NCBI GenBank assembly: GCA_951406725.2
Contig: OX597814.1
Location: 195,362,001 to 195,426,000 of the forward strand
Direction: 5' to 3'
From: Octopus vulgaris
Taxonomy: Eukaryota
Length of the DNA stretch: 64,000 bases
Positions 1 through 16,325 of this stretch are shown here, piece by piece. Under the pieces are notes generated by a model. It saw only the letters and a list, made by a program, of their open reading frames with translations. It made no database searches and was not told the origin of the DNA. Each line of letters starts with the position of its first letter. Positions within the stretch are counted from its first letter, which is position 1. Both the position numbers and the translations under genes were made by a program.

Positions 1-28
1 ACGCTCAAGAAGGAAGGGAAGAAGTGGG

Positions 29-63
29 GTTTTACGTTTCGAGCGGAGCTCTTCGTCAGAAAC
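29..63 (-). ncRNA. Minimal type I hammerhead ribozyme motif (Penelope-like element type)
   Basis: Minus strand GUUU CUGACGA A GAGC-UCC-GCUC GAAAC GUA AAAC: stem I GUUU/AAAC, intact core with one extra A, 4-bp stem II, palindromic ACGU stem III. Confidence 0.8.
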
Positions 64-160
64 ATAGGAAAAGGAAAGATCCAGAGAAGGGAAGACGGAG
101 GAAAAAAATCGCCAACGGTACACACGCGGTCACATTTTGAATGTGTGTATATATATACTT

Positions 161-384
161 TCTCTTTTACTCTTTTACTTGTTTCAGTCATTTGACAGCG
201 CCCATGCTGGAGCAACGCCTTTAGTCGAGCAAATCGACCCCGGGATTTATTCTTTGTAAGCCGAGTACTTATTCTATCGGTCTCTTTTACCGAACCGCTA
301 ATTGACGAGGACGTAAACGCACCAGCATCGGTTGTCAAGCAATGCTAGGGAGACAAACATAGACACACACACAAACACACACAC

Positions 385-421
<37 letters not shown>

Positions 422-507
422 CATATATACGACAAGCTTCTTTCAGTTTCTGCCTACCAAATCCACTCACAAGGCATTGGTCGGCCCGGGGCTATAGCAG
501 AAGACAA
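161..507 (-). mobile_element. SINE family A, 5'-truncated
   Basis: Reverse complement of the body and tail of the copy at 739-1136. Confidence 0.85.
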
Positions 508-738
508 TTTTTGGGAAAGGAGCTTGTCTATTAGATCAACCTTCAGGGCTCAGCTGCGACTTTTTTCATCGAACCTGAAAGGATAAGAGGAAAAGTCGAC
601 CTCGGCGTCATTTGAACTCAGAACATAGAGCTAGAAGAAATTCTGCTAAGCATTTCTCCTGGCGCGGTAACGATTCTGCCATCTTTCCGCCTTTATTCAG
701 TATTAATTCATTTTTTCTAAAACTTCGTTGCTTAAATA

Positions 739-1136
739 GGCGCAGGAGTGGCTGTGTGGTAAGTAGCTTGTTTACCAATCACATGGTTCCGGGTTCAGTC
801 CCACTGCGTGGCACCTTGGGCAAGTGTCTTCTACTATAGCCTCGGGCCGACCAAAGCCTTGTGAGTGGATTTGGTAGACGGAAACTGAAAGAAGCCCGTC
901 GTGTATATGTATATATATGTGTGCGTGTATGGTTGTGTTTGTCCCCCTAGCATTGCTTGACAACCAATGCTGGTGTGTTTATGCCCCCGTCACTTAGCAG
1001 TTCGGCAAAAGAGACCGATAGAATAAGTACTAGACTTACATAGAATAAGTCCCGGGGTCGAGTTGCTCGATTAAAGGCGGTGCTCCAGCATGGCCACAGT
1101 CAAATGACTGAAACAAGTAAAAGAGTAAAAGAGTAA
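739..1136 (+). mobile_element. tRNA-derived SINE family A, full length
   Basis: A-box (TGGCTGTGTGG) and B-box-like (GGTTCAGTCCC) head, CORE-like CACCTTGGGCAAG, central TA/TG microsatellite, (TAAAAGAG)n tail; more than 10 copies in the window. Confidence 0.9.
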
Positions 1137-1663
1137 ATCTAATTGAAGCTGGATTCCAGAGTAAAGATATCCGTTTAATATAATCAGTGTAAAGGGAATT
1201 TATGCGCAGAGAACCGAGTCCCCAAAGAAGAGATATGAATTAATTACAGCAAGACAGTTAGAAAACAAAATTAAACACCCTTGTGCATCGTAGAATATAA
1301 AGGAAATTTGACCATTATTTATAAAATTTTTGACTTAAAATCCACCGAGTTTTTCACTTAAATTTCTTACAACGTAACACGAAACAATAGAAAGAAATTA
1401 TCTTCGATATTGCATAGTTTAAATAGTAGAAAGTATTTTTTTTAGAAACAAACCAATAGAGATTTGGAAGGAATTTTCTCCAAAGCACAGTTCTAGAACC
1501 AAACACGAATTATTGTAAACAATGAAAATCCGAGAAATTTTAAAAGTTCTTTTCGAAGTCAAAACTCTTCCGTTTTATTCTGAGCGTCAAACTTGTTTTT
1601 TGTTTCACGAAACCTGCCTCTGTTTATTTTTTTAGTTTTGTAATTTTTGTACAATTCGAACCA

Positions 1664-1744
<81 letters not shown>

Positions 1745-1838
1745 GTCTGTCTGTCTGTCTGTCTATCCGTATGTATATACATGTATATCTATATCTATAC
1801 CTATCTAAATATATATATATGTATGTATATGTGTAGAT

Positions 1839-1966
<128 letters not shown>

Positions 1967-2271
1967 ATTATTACTTGGGGTATCTAAGAGATACCTCCTC
2001 GGTGGAAATAGCAGTCAAAACTTGATTCTAAAACCACATTAAATGTTCATACAGTACCAGGACAGAAGACAAAAGGACAAAATAAACTAGCAAAAAATTA
2101 CTGGATAATTCCAGATCCCGGATTTCTGACTTTGCATAACAAATGCTTTGCCTTATATATATGGTTTACCCTTATATATATAAGGGTGTGTGTGTGTGTG
2201 TGTGTACATGTGTCTGGGGAAGGATGGAACAAAAAAAGTTCGTATCATTTTTCAATTGGTGGCATTTAAAG

Positions 2272-2339
<68 letters not shown>

Positions 2340-2798
2340 TGGGGAGAAAGAGAAACAGAGTCTATGTAATTATATACATAAATATGCAACCATATTTTTT
2401 ATTGCGTTTTTATTGGTACATTCTTGAAGTAGACTGCAAGGTATCATGGGATTCATGTTGTAAATGATGGCATCGCTTACATCATTAGCGGAATTACAAT
2501 TTGCTAATTGTTATCTCCAAGCTACTTTCAGCAACTAGTAACTGTTCATAAATTAGTTCTCGACTACTGTATCTAAGCATTACTTTTTGCATGTATCTTG
2601 TAAATAAAACTTTCTTAGCAAACACCCTAATTTTCGTTTTCTGGGATTCTGTGTAGGTGCTGGTATGGCCCTGTGGTTAAGAAGTTCGATTCTCAATTGT
2701 GGTTTTGCATGTCACCTTGAGTCTGTGTCGTTTATTATAGCCAAGGGCATACAATACCTTGTGAGGGAATTAGGTTGACGGAAACTGTATGGAAGCCA

Positions 2799-2848
<50 letters not shown>

Positions 2849-3059
2849 TGAAATAGAAAGATGAATAATCTTGTTGCAGATTAATCAAAAGTTTAACCGA
2901 TACCTTGGTATGAAAAATCACAGCAGAAGACAGCACGGTTGGAGGTACAACCATATGGTGTTGCAACCATGCGTTGGTGCGGATAATTGAATTTTAATAT
3001 TATTAGTGAATTTAAGAAATGGAGTTGAACGAAGATTGAACAGAAATCGTTTTATTGCA

Positions 3060-3139
3060 TTCTACACGTGTTTCGAAAGCCACAATTTACCAAATTCCGA
3101 TTGAATAAGGAGACCATATTGTGTCTTTCTCTTCAGGAA
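3060..3139 (-). ncRNA. Type I hammerhead ribozyme with long stem II
   Basis: UUC CUGAAGA GAAAGACACAAU...AUUGUGGCUUUC GAAAC ACGU GUA GAA; canonical core, palindromic ACACGUGU stem III. Confidence 0.8.
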
Positions 3140-3228
3140 GAAATAGGAAATCCGTTGGAAAAAACAAAAACAGAACAGAGGCGGAGCAAAACAAATCGAA
3201 CGAGGCTCTCTCTCTATATATATATGTA

Positions 3229-3361
3229 CTTTATTTAAAAGCAGCAGAAATTCAACAAAACCTGTTACTCGGAGTTTCACGTTCCCGTTCGTCGGACAGT
3301 TTCGGGAACGTGAAACTCCGAGTAACAGGTTTCGTTGAATTTCTGCTGCTTTTAAATAAAG
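3229..3361. repeat. Inverted repeat, 59-bp arms (Penelope-like inverted terminus)
   Basis: 3229-3287 is the reverse complement of 3303-3361 with 1 mismatch and a 15-nt spacer. Confidence 0.9.
3262..3299 (-). ncRNA. Hammerhead-like motif, CCGA core variant
   Basis: CUGU CCGACGA ACG-GGAA-CGU GAAAC UCCGA GUA ACAG; stems I, II and III all pair. Confidence 0.7.
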
Positions 3362-3449
3362 CATTTTACTCTACTCCTGGTATTTTAGTACTCTTTTTTT
3401 CCACCTTGTTTCACATTTATGTGTTTACTCCGGTAATGTATATATCGGT

Positions 3450-3501
3450 CCTTACTGATGACGTCTACGGAAACAGGCGAAGCTAAACGTTTAGTCTAAG
3501 G
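3450..3501 (+). ncRNA. Type I hammerhead ribozyme motif (GAAG variant)
   Basis: CCUUA CUGAUGA C GUCU..AGGC GAAG CUAAACGUUUAG UC UAAGG; 5-bp stem I, 12-nt palindrome in stem III, predicted cleavage after C3496. Confidence 0.75.
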
Positions 3502-3684
3502 AATTCTCGAGTCGGCGGTGGGGCGATTATATCCCCTGATAGTATGTGTGTATACATTTGCGCCTTTTCTACAGAATTAAGAAATTTTAGTTCTTATTTC
3601 TTGCAATGTAAGTGTTTTGATACCTTTAGACACATTAAATGACGGTTGAATTCTTCCTTTAGGGCATCGCATTGCACCTAGGTG

Positions 3685-3717
<33 letters not shown>

Positions 3718-3733
3718 TATTTGCACCTAGGTG

Positions 3734-3764
<31 letters not shown>

Positions 3765-4649
3765 ATGTATATGCTCGAGTATAACCGTCCGAAATTGCAA
3801 AGATAATCTGGAACTCGACTGAGGATAGAAAACTCCGAATGATCCGTCCTTGTTTTCCTTGTATCGTCTGTCTGAATATTTTGTTGTCCCTTTTTTTGTT
3901 TCACCTAACTGTCTGGATGTTTTGCGTTCTTGTCCCATTTTTGTATTTTACAAATATACACATTTATATTTGCGTATGTACGTATGTATGAATGTATGTC
4001 TTTGTGTCTCTCCCCACATCCTCTTCACAACCGGTGTTGGTTAGGCACAAGACATTGAAAGAATAAATACCAGGCTAAATAAATAAATAGGTGCTGGGGT
4101 AGATTAGTTCGATTAAAACCCTTCAAGGCAGAGCCACAGCATGGCCGCAACCCAAAGACTGAAACAAATAAAAGTTAAAAGAAAAAGATAAAAGATAGGC
4201 TGGCAGTATTTCTCTACCTAGTTTCCTTTGGTGTTTTATGTTACAATACGACGTAATGTTTCTTTGTTTATCCATCAAACCAGAGGGTATCAAATTTGTG
4301 TGTCCGATATAACAGTATAAGTCGTGAAGTTTGCGATATTTTGTTTAGAATATGATTTGCATGTTACATTGATTATTGGAAGTAGCTTCTGTGGCATGAA
4401 GGTACGACGGTAGTTGTTCCATATACATGGGAAAAGTGTGAATTATGGAGATGATGATATAATATATTCATAGTCACTTTGTAATTAGATATGAAGCATA
4501 AGTTCTGAAATTTTCACCACGCATCGGTCAATGCTATTTCTAGGGTGCATTGCTACATGTAGTATAGTGTACGTGAAGTTTATATGAATCTTAAGTGTAC
4601 ACGCGCATACACAAAGACACATACACATGTATAAATACGTATATATGCG

Positions 4650-4685
<36 letters not shown>

Positions 4686-4907
4686 AGGCATAGGTGATTG
4701 CATATCTACGTATATAATTAGACACCCTCACTCTTTCTTTCTCTGCGTGTGTGTATGTCGGTGTGCATGTCTACATGCATACATAATTGTAGTTCACATA
4801 CGCACGCGCGCAAACACACATACAAACACTCATATGTACATGAGATGCTATATTTCAATTGCAGTGTGTTTCAATAATATATAGGCTCCATTGTTTTTTA
4901 GTTTCTA

Positions 4908-5142
4908 TCCTCCTCTTCCTCCTCCTCCTCCTCCTCATCATCATCATCATCATCACCATCATCATCATCACCACCACCAAAACCACCACCACAACCACCA
5001 CCACCACCACCACCAGAACCATCCTCCTCCTCCTCCTCCTCCTCCTCCTCATCATCATCATCATCACCACCACCACCACCACCACCACCACCAGAACCAT
5101 CATCATCATCATCATCATCCTCCTCCTCATCATCATCATCAC

Positions 5143-5187
<45 letters not shown>
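4908..5187. repeat. Compound trinucleotide microsatellite (CCT/CAT/CAC/TAT)
   Basis: Direct reading. Confidence 0.95.
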
Positions 5188-5188
<1 letters not shown>

Positions 5189-5258
5189 CTATAAAGAAAT
5201 ACACTGAATATAAAGATGTTCTAAGGAATGTACATACATATATACATATATTCATATA

Positions 5259-5290
<32 letters not shown>

Positions 5291-5345
5291 CATATATCAA
5301 AGCACATGCGTGTATGTGTGTGTATAAATATATAAAAGCCCATAC

Positions 5346-5408
<63 letters not shown>

Positions 5409-5778
5409 CATACATATTGGTATTTAGTTGTCGACTCTATTTCCCTTCTTTCTATTAGATATAAAACATCCAGATAAACAGACAATATATACATACCTGA
5501 GCACGCACGATGTTCCCGAGTACAAACATAAACAAATAGATTATTAATATCAATCTTTCATTTTTCAAATCATTAACAAAACTTCCTACGACAAACACCG
5601 ACATACGACCACTCCCACCCAGCTACAACCCTCCCCGTCCAATCCCCACAGAAAACAAACAAACACACAAACAAACTAACAACAAAGCAAAAAAGTATGA
5701 AGTGGAAACAATCTGAAAGACAAAACGTTACTGCCACACCATTTAACAAACATCTTTATATTCAGTAAATTTCTGTTT

Positions 5779-9279
<3,501 letters not shown>

Positions 9280-9299
9280 TAATTCTTATATTGGCCACA

Positions 9300-10292
9300 T
9301 TGTATTGTATTGGCATCCTTTTTGTCTTGGGAGACAATGGAGTTGCGCATGAAGTAGTCTAGTCCGGCTTTTATATTTCATGTCCTGATATATTTCCTGC
9401 TGTGGCTGTGTAGTCCTATCCTGGACAAACACTCCCTCTGGCAGGTACCGCAAATCTAGCGACGACTGTTCCTGGCTGGTTATAGTGCCATAGTCTCTTG
9501 TTTACGTCTCTTCCTTTCTTTCCATTTCTCCTGTCTCTCCCTGTCACTCCTTTGTATTCCCTCTTTTACGGTACGTCGCCATTTTCCACGGTTGCCGGCA
9601 ACTGCCTCCCAACCGCTAATATTGATGTTGCAGGCCTTCATGTCCCTTTTGCAAACATCCTTGTAACGTAAGATCGGTCTACCCACAGACCTAGTACCCC
9701 TAGCAAGCTCTCCGTTGAGTATGTCCTTCGGGATTCTGCCATCTTTCATACGGCTAACATGCCCAAGCCATCTCATACGTCTTTGTGTGAGGAGTGCAAA
9801 CATGCTTGGTATTCCTGCTTGCCTGAGGACATCTTTGTTGGGGATATGATTCTGCCATTTGATGCGGAGGATTTTTCGGAGACAGTGCAGATGAAAGATG
9901 TTTAGGCGACGCTCTTGGCGTGTGTATAGCGTCCAGGTCTCACTTCCATACAGTAGAGTGCTGAGTACACATGCCTGGTAGATCTTCATTTTCGTGGTCT
10001 TGGTCAGCTTATTGTTGTCCCAAGCCCGTTTGGAGAGTTGGGCCATCGCAGCAGCTGCCTTGCCAATGCGTATATTGAGCTCAGCGTCAAGGGATAGGTT
10101 GTAGGTGACGGTAGAGCCCAGATAGGTAAACTTCTCCACCTCTTGTAATCTGTGGTCTCCAATATGTATGTTTGGGATGTCCGATGTAGCCTGGCCCATG
10201 ATGTTGGTCTTCTTAAGGCTGATAGCTAAGCCAAAGTCGTTACATGCTTGCTCAAAACAGTTAATGAGCCTTTGGAGGGCTTCTTCTGTGTG
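9300..10292 (-). mobile_element. 5'-truncated RTE-clade LINE (decayed)
   Basis: ORF 9480-10358 carries RTE RT C-terminal motifs (FGLAISLKKT, FTYLGS, LLYGSETW, RWLGHV); CGTCQRECLSRIGLHSH continues in frame past two premature stops; (CAATA)n tail; TSD TGGCCACA at 9292-9299 and 10293-10300. Confidence 0.9.
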
Positions 10293-10570
10293 TGGCCACA
10301 AGGGTTGACAAAAATTAATTATTACATAAAGGGACAAAACACAGGACGAAAGTTTCAAAAGGTTTTGTCCGTTTCAAAAATCCGTGTAAAAAACAGTGTA
10401 ACAACGAAAATATTTAACAATGAAAAACTCCCAATAGGGGGAGGCGCTTCGAAAGGTTCCTGGTGAAAAAACCCATAAAAGCCACGGGAGCCTGGTCAAA
10501 ATGGCGGTAGAGAGCCCCCTTTCTCCTTTTATATTACCTTTTTAATCACAGGTGAATCCTCAGAATTGGT
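10293..10570 (-). mobile_element. Probable 3' UTR of another non-LTR element, interrupted by the RTE insertion
   Basis: Removing the RTE reconstructs an end ...GTCCTGTGTTTTGTCCC...CCCTTGTGGCCAATATAAGAA-(ATT)n, similar to the SINE C tail. Confidence 0.5.
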
Positions 10571-10619
10571 CCGTTCATACTGGCCTTTCTTGCGACATTT
10601 ATCCAATAATAATAATAAC

Positions 10620-12095
10620 AATCCTTTCTACAAAAGGTCTGAAATTTAGGGGGAGGATACTAGTCGATTACATCGACCCCATGGTTTCACTGGTACTTAA
10701 TTTATCGACTCCAAAAGGATGCAAGGCAAAGTCGATCATGGCAGATTTTGAATACAGAATGTAAAGAATGTAAAGATGGACGGAATGTCGCTAAGCATTT
10801 TGTCCGACGTGCCAATGATTCTGCAAGTTCACCGCCTTCAAATAACGGTTTCAAATTTTGGCAGAAGGTCAGTAATTTTAAGGGGAGGGGCGAGTCGATT
10901 AACTCGACCCTTTTGTTCAACTGGTACTTATCCCATCGACCCCCCAAAACAAAGTCGACACCGGCCGAATTTGAACTCAGGAGGTAAAAACGGACGAAAT
11001 GCCGCCAAGCATTTTCTACCTGGCGTGCTAACGATTCTACCAGCTCGCCGCCTTGATAATAATAACAGCAACAACAACAACGACAACAGCAACAACAGTG
11101 GAGGCGCAGTGGCCCAGTGGTTAGGGCAGCGGTCTCATGGTCGTAAGAACGCAGTTTCGATTCCCAGACCGGGCATTGTGAGTGTTTATTGAGTAAAAAC
11201 ACCTAAGCTCCACGAGGCTCCGGCGGGGAGTGACCACAACTTTCTCTCACTCTTTCTTCGTACATCTACCACAAAGCAGAGGAACCATAGTGTAACCCAT
11301 TATGGTGTAGTAAACTTTCAGATTGCGAATCCTCTGTACCCCAGGATGGTTCAACTCTCCACCCGTTAAAAGCCACCGTTTACGGAATGAGGATAACAAC
11401 GTAGCTTTCGCGCCCGTGCATTTGCACAGCGGTCAAAATCCTTAGCGGCACTTCGTTTGTCTTTACGCTCTGAGTTCAAATTCCGTGGAGGTCGACTTTG
11501 TCTTTCATCCTTGGGGGGAGTGGTGCGGTCGATTAAATGAATACCAGTTACGCACTTGGCTCGATGGAATCACCTCATCCACACCTCCCCCAAGCTGCAC
11601 TTGTGGCAGTAATTTGAAATAATTATTATATGACAGGCTAATGCGGCAAACTGGCAGAATCGTATGTGTGCCGCGCAAAATACTTATCGGCATTTCGTCT
11701 GTCTTCACGCTCCGAGTCAAAAATTCTGTCGAGGTCGACTTTGCCTTTCGACCAATCGAGATCGATAAAACAAGTACGTGTCGAGCACCGGGGTCGATGT
11801 AGTCGACTTACTCCCTTCCCGAATATACTGGCCTTGTTCCAAAATTTGAAACCATTATTATACGACGGGGCACCGTACAGTTTCCGCTTACTAAATTCAC
11901 TTACTTGGCCAGCAATTTTGTGTGGAGGGAGTTTAGTTGACACCATCGACTTCAGTGTATGGTTCGTTTATTGTTTTATCGGCCCCGAGGAAACGAAAGG
12001 CCAATGTTGACCTCGACGAAATTTGAACTCAAAATGTACAGCTGTTATAAATACCGCATAGCATTTTGTCCGATGCTCTAACGATTCTGCCAACC
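10620..12095. mobile_element. Cluster of diverged SINE C copies plus one SINE B head (11098-11260)
   Basis: Repeated GAGTTCAAATT..GTCGACTTTG..ATCC..GTCGATAA..GTACCAG motifs on both strands. Confidence 0.75.
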
Positions 12096-12591
12096 TCGTA
12101 ACTTATTACTTTTTCATGACGATGTTATGAATAGAAAACATTTGTGGCCGAAATCATCTCAGTCTAGTTTGATACTCATTATTATTGATCCATCTTACAA
12201 GAGAATATAATTTAAAATTCCTAGAATATTAATCTCGGCTTTCCATTTTCTTTATTCTTCTGCTAAACACTTCGATCGGTTCATTCTCCATTCATCTTCA
12301 GAATGTCCTATTTCTTTGTATAAACATATCCTTCGGCTACGTTTTCTCTCTAACTACGTTTATTTAGATATACAGAGCGTGCATATTGCTATCGACTGAA
12401 CCAGTTGTGTTGGAATATGGAATATGACAATATTTACCAATATTGCGAAGACTATTTTCTATAACTTTTCAATTCACTTTAGTCTTATCGAGTAATAAAC
12501 TATTTTCCTAGCTTTCAAAGTTTTATCATAAGAATCAATTAGATTTCTTATTTTTCAGAAATAATAATCCGAACAACGTTATGATGATTGA

Positions 12592-12669
<78 letters not shown>

Positions 12670-12676
12670 CTCTCTT

Positions 12677-12718
<42 letters not shown>

Positions 12719-12736
12719 CTTTCGTGGACATACACA

Positions 12737-12791
<55 letters not shown>

Positions 12792-12822
12792 ATATATATA
12801 TGTACTTTCGTGCACATACACA

Positions 12823-12897
<75 letters not shown>

Positions 12898-13104
12898 TTC
12901 CTTCTCTCCCCTCTTTCTCTATATATACATATATGTATGTGTGTGTTGGTGTGTTTGTGTGTGTGTGAAGGTGTAGATGTGGCTGTGTAGTAAGAAGCTT
13001 GCTTCCTAACCACTTGGTTCCGGGTTCAGTCCCACTGAATATATAAAAAACAAACATTACATCTGACAGCGTAATTCGAATGTTAACAGGTTAAAGGAAT
13101 CTTC

Positions 13105-13520
13105 TTATTTCTTTACTACCCACAAGGGGCTAAACATAGAGGGGACAGAGAAGGACAGACAAAGGAATTAAGTCGATTATATCGACCCCAGTGCGTAACT
13201 GGTACTTAATTTATCGACCCCGAAAGGATGAAAGGTAAAGTCAACCTCGGTGGAATTTGAACTCAGAACGTAACGGTAGACGAAATACCCATTTCTTTAC
13301 TACCCACAAGGGGCTGAACACAGAGAGGAAAAACAAGGACAGACAAACGGATTAAGTCGATTATATCGATCCCAGTGCGTAACTGGTACTTATTTAATCG
13401 ACCCCGAAAGGATGAAAGGCAAAGTTGACCTCGTCGGAATTTGAACTCAGAACGTAACGGCAGACGAAATAGGGCTACGCATTTCGCCCGGCATGCTAAC
13501 GTCTCTGCCAGCTCACCGCC
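13105..13520 (-). mobile_element. SINE family C, one head plus two bodies
   Basis: Head GGCGGTGAGCTGGCAGA, B-box GAGTTCAAATTCC; flanked by a 15-bp TSD TTAAAGGARTCTTCT. Confidence 0.9.
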
Positions 13521-14033
13521 TTAAAGGAGTCTTCTGTGTGACAAGCTCTGCTGGCTCAAATCTCTGGCGGAAGATAATTTTCTTTCAATTGTCTCACTGA
13601 TTCCTCCAACTGACTAAGCCTCCCTCCTACTTACATCCAACCTCCGATATTCAGAAAGATCGATATTTCTACAAACGAATTATTTTGAAGAAAAAAAAAG
13701 TAGAAAAGAAAAAGCCTCTTAGATGCACTCTACATTAATGTTGTGCTCCCACTAATGGCTTTAACACAAGTATTATGTGTTTTAAATCAACGTTAAATAT
13801 TTGTATACATTTTTAGCTAGAATTAATCAATTCACCTATTAACAAATCATCTCCATTAGATAACTGATTCTAGATAACTACACAGATTTAGTTATACTAT
13901 GGTAATGAAAGAGTATCTAACTGCACTAAAGTTAATGAGGCCTAACAAAGTTGAAATCGTGTTGCCTCAGTTGTCAGACACTCAGGTTCGTTTTGGAAGT
14001 TATATCCTAGAGATTGAAAATAATGATTATTTC

Positions 14034-14209
14034 TGTTGTGTGGACGCCCCCAGACGATGAAGTAGGCTAGCCCAATACGTTGATATAGAAGGAGAAGCCT
14101 AGACGTCAAGTGAGAGAGAACAGTCGGAGTAGCGGTGCGACTAGAACAGAGTAGCAGTCGTAGTAGAGAGTCGAGTTGAGTAGCTGTCATCCGAACGTGT
14201 GACATAACA
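14034..14209. mobile_element. Short solo LTR (176 bp)
   Basis: Termini TGTTGTGT...ACATAACA (7/8 inverted match); perfect 5-bp TSD ATTTC at 14029-14033 and 14210-14214. Confidence 0.65.
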
Positions 14210-14524
14210 ATTTCTAATTTAGGTACAAGGCCGGTAATTTTGTGGGAAGGAAGTCTGGGGCGAAACCATTGACTTGAATAGTGTTTTATTTTATAGATAC
14301 CAGAGGAATGAAAACAAAACATAAAGACCGACAGAATAAGTACTAGGCTTACAAAGAATAAGTCCTGGGGTCGATTTGCTCGACTAAAGGCGGTGCTCCA
14401 GCATGGCCGCAGTCAAATGAAGGAAACAAGTAAAAGAGAACAAAAGAAAGATAGTCGCAGCAAACACGGAAAAGTATGTTGTCCGACGCTCTAACGGTTC
14501 TGCCAACTCACCGCCGTATAGAAA

Positions 14525-14885
14525 GAAAAATATCGGTTTCAAATTTTGGCATTCTCAATGTTCAACTGGTACTTATTTTGTCGACCATGGAAGGATGAAG
14601 GGCAAAGTCGACCTCGGCGGAATTTGAACTCAGAACGTAGCGGCAGACGAAATACCTATTTCTTTACTACCCACAAAGGGCTAAACACAGAGGAGACAAA
14701 CAAGGACAGACAGACGGGATTAAGTCGATTATATCGACGCCAGTGCGTAACTGGTACTTAATTTATCGACTATGGAAGGATGAAGGGCAAAGTCGACCGC
14801 GGCGGAATTTGAACTCAGAACGAAAACAAACGAAATATCGCTAAGCATTTTGACCAGCTTACTAATAATCCTGTCAGTTCGTTGT
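14525..14885 (-). mobile_element. SINE family C dimer
   Basis: Two bodies joined at CAGACGAAATACCTATTTCTTTAC. Confidence 0.8.
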
Positions 14886-15059
14886 CTTAGAAGAAACAAT
14901 ATTAACCATAAATTAAAATCTTGAGTTTGGACTACTGTGAAAATAAAGATTATGTGCTTGGGTTTTACCAGAGGTTCTGCCCTCTTTTGAACTACTTTCA
15001 GTATAATCTTCGTATTTTTAATCTTAACGTGAATATAGACGTCAAGTCTTGACTCTCCC

Positions 15060-15400
15060 TCGGTTACAACGACAAGGGTTCCAGTTGATCTGATCAACGG
15101 AACACCGTGCTCGTGAATTTAACTTGCAAGTGGCTGAGCACTCCACAGACACATTTACCCTTAACGAAGTTCTCGGAGAGATTCAGCGTGTGACAAGGTT
15201 GACCCTTTGAAATACAGGTACACCAGAAACAGAAAGAAAGAAAGAGTGAGAGAAAGTTGTGGTGAAGGAGTACAGCAGGGTTCGCTACCACCCCCGGCCG
15301 GAACCTTGTGGAGCTTTAGGTGTTTTCGCTCGATAAACACTTGCAATGCCCGGTTTGGTAATCGAGTCCGCTGCCCTGATCACTGGGCCATTGCGCCTCC
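15060..15400 (-). mobile_element. SINE family B with internal deletions
   Basis: Reverse complement of 16481-16862. Confidence 0.85.
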
Positions 15401-15406
15401 ACAGAG

Positions 15407-15730
15407 GAGCACTCTGTCGGTTACGACGACGAGGGTCCCAGCTGATACGATCAACGGAACAACTTGCTCGTGAAATTAACGTACAAGTGGCTGAGTACTC
15501 CATAGAGACGTGTATCCTTAACGCACTTCTCAGAGAGATTCAGCGTGACACAGAGTGTGACAAGGTTGGCCCTTTGAAATACAGGTACTACTCACTTTTG
15601 CCAGCTGGGTGGACTGGAGCAACGTGAAATAAAGTGTCTTGCTCAAGGACACAACGCGTCGTCGGGAATTGAACTCACGACCTTATGAGCGTGAGCAGAA
15701 TGCCCTAACCACTGAGCTACGCGCCTTCAT
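15407..15730 (-). mobile_element. Chimeric SINE: family D head and CORE-like segment with family B tail
   Basis: Head TGAAGGCGCGTAGCTCAGTGG, CORE-like TGTGTCCTTGAGCAAGACACTTTATTTCAC, then the family B 3' half. Confidence 0.75.
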
Positions 15731-16117
15731 TGAATATAGACGTACATTGCACGTGAAGTAAAAATCGTAGCAGTTACTAAGTTTGTTTTTATTTCAAATG
15801 TAACTATATTTAAATTCATGCTTAGTTCATACATACATGTAGAAACATATATATTCTTTTGTGGAAATACAGTACTTATGAAGAATTCACTGGTAATAGG
15901 TTTGGGTGGAATAAATATCAGAGATGCTTTGTCCCAGGGAGAAACTAAAGATATTGTAAGTTTTTCTCCTGATTATGACTAAAGATATTGCATTCCTGGT
16001 AATTTTCCTGTGCCTTCAGCGAATCAATCGGGGTCACAGGCATATTGCCCTTTACTCTGCACGCTCTGTCTGAGTGGAACAACAAGGACTAAATTAAATA
16101 TTACCTCCAGAAGATAT

Positions 16118-16325
16118 CTATTTCTTTACTACCCACAAAGGGCTAAACGCAGAAGGGACAAACAAGGACAGACAAACGGATTAAGTCGATTATATCGACC
16201 CCAGTGCGTAACTGGTACTTATTTAATCGCCCCCGAAAAAATGAAAGGCAAAGTTGACCTCGGCGGAATTTGAACTCAGAATGCATTTCGCCCGGCGTGC
16301 TAACGTTTCTGCCAGCTCGCCGCCC
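16118..16325 (-). mobile_element. SINE family C with an about 18-bp TSD
   Basis: CCTCCAGAAGATATCTAT on both flanks. Confidence 0.85.

Noticed and set aside
4855-5427. Poly-Pro/His/Tyr ORFs
   Set aside because: Translations of a compound microsatellite
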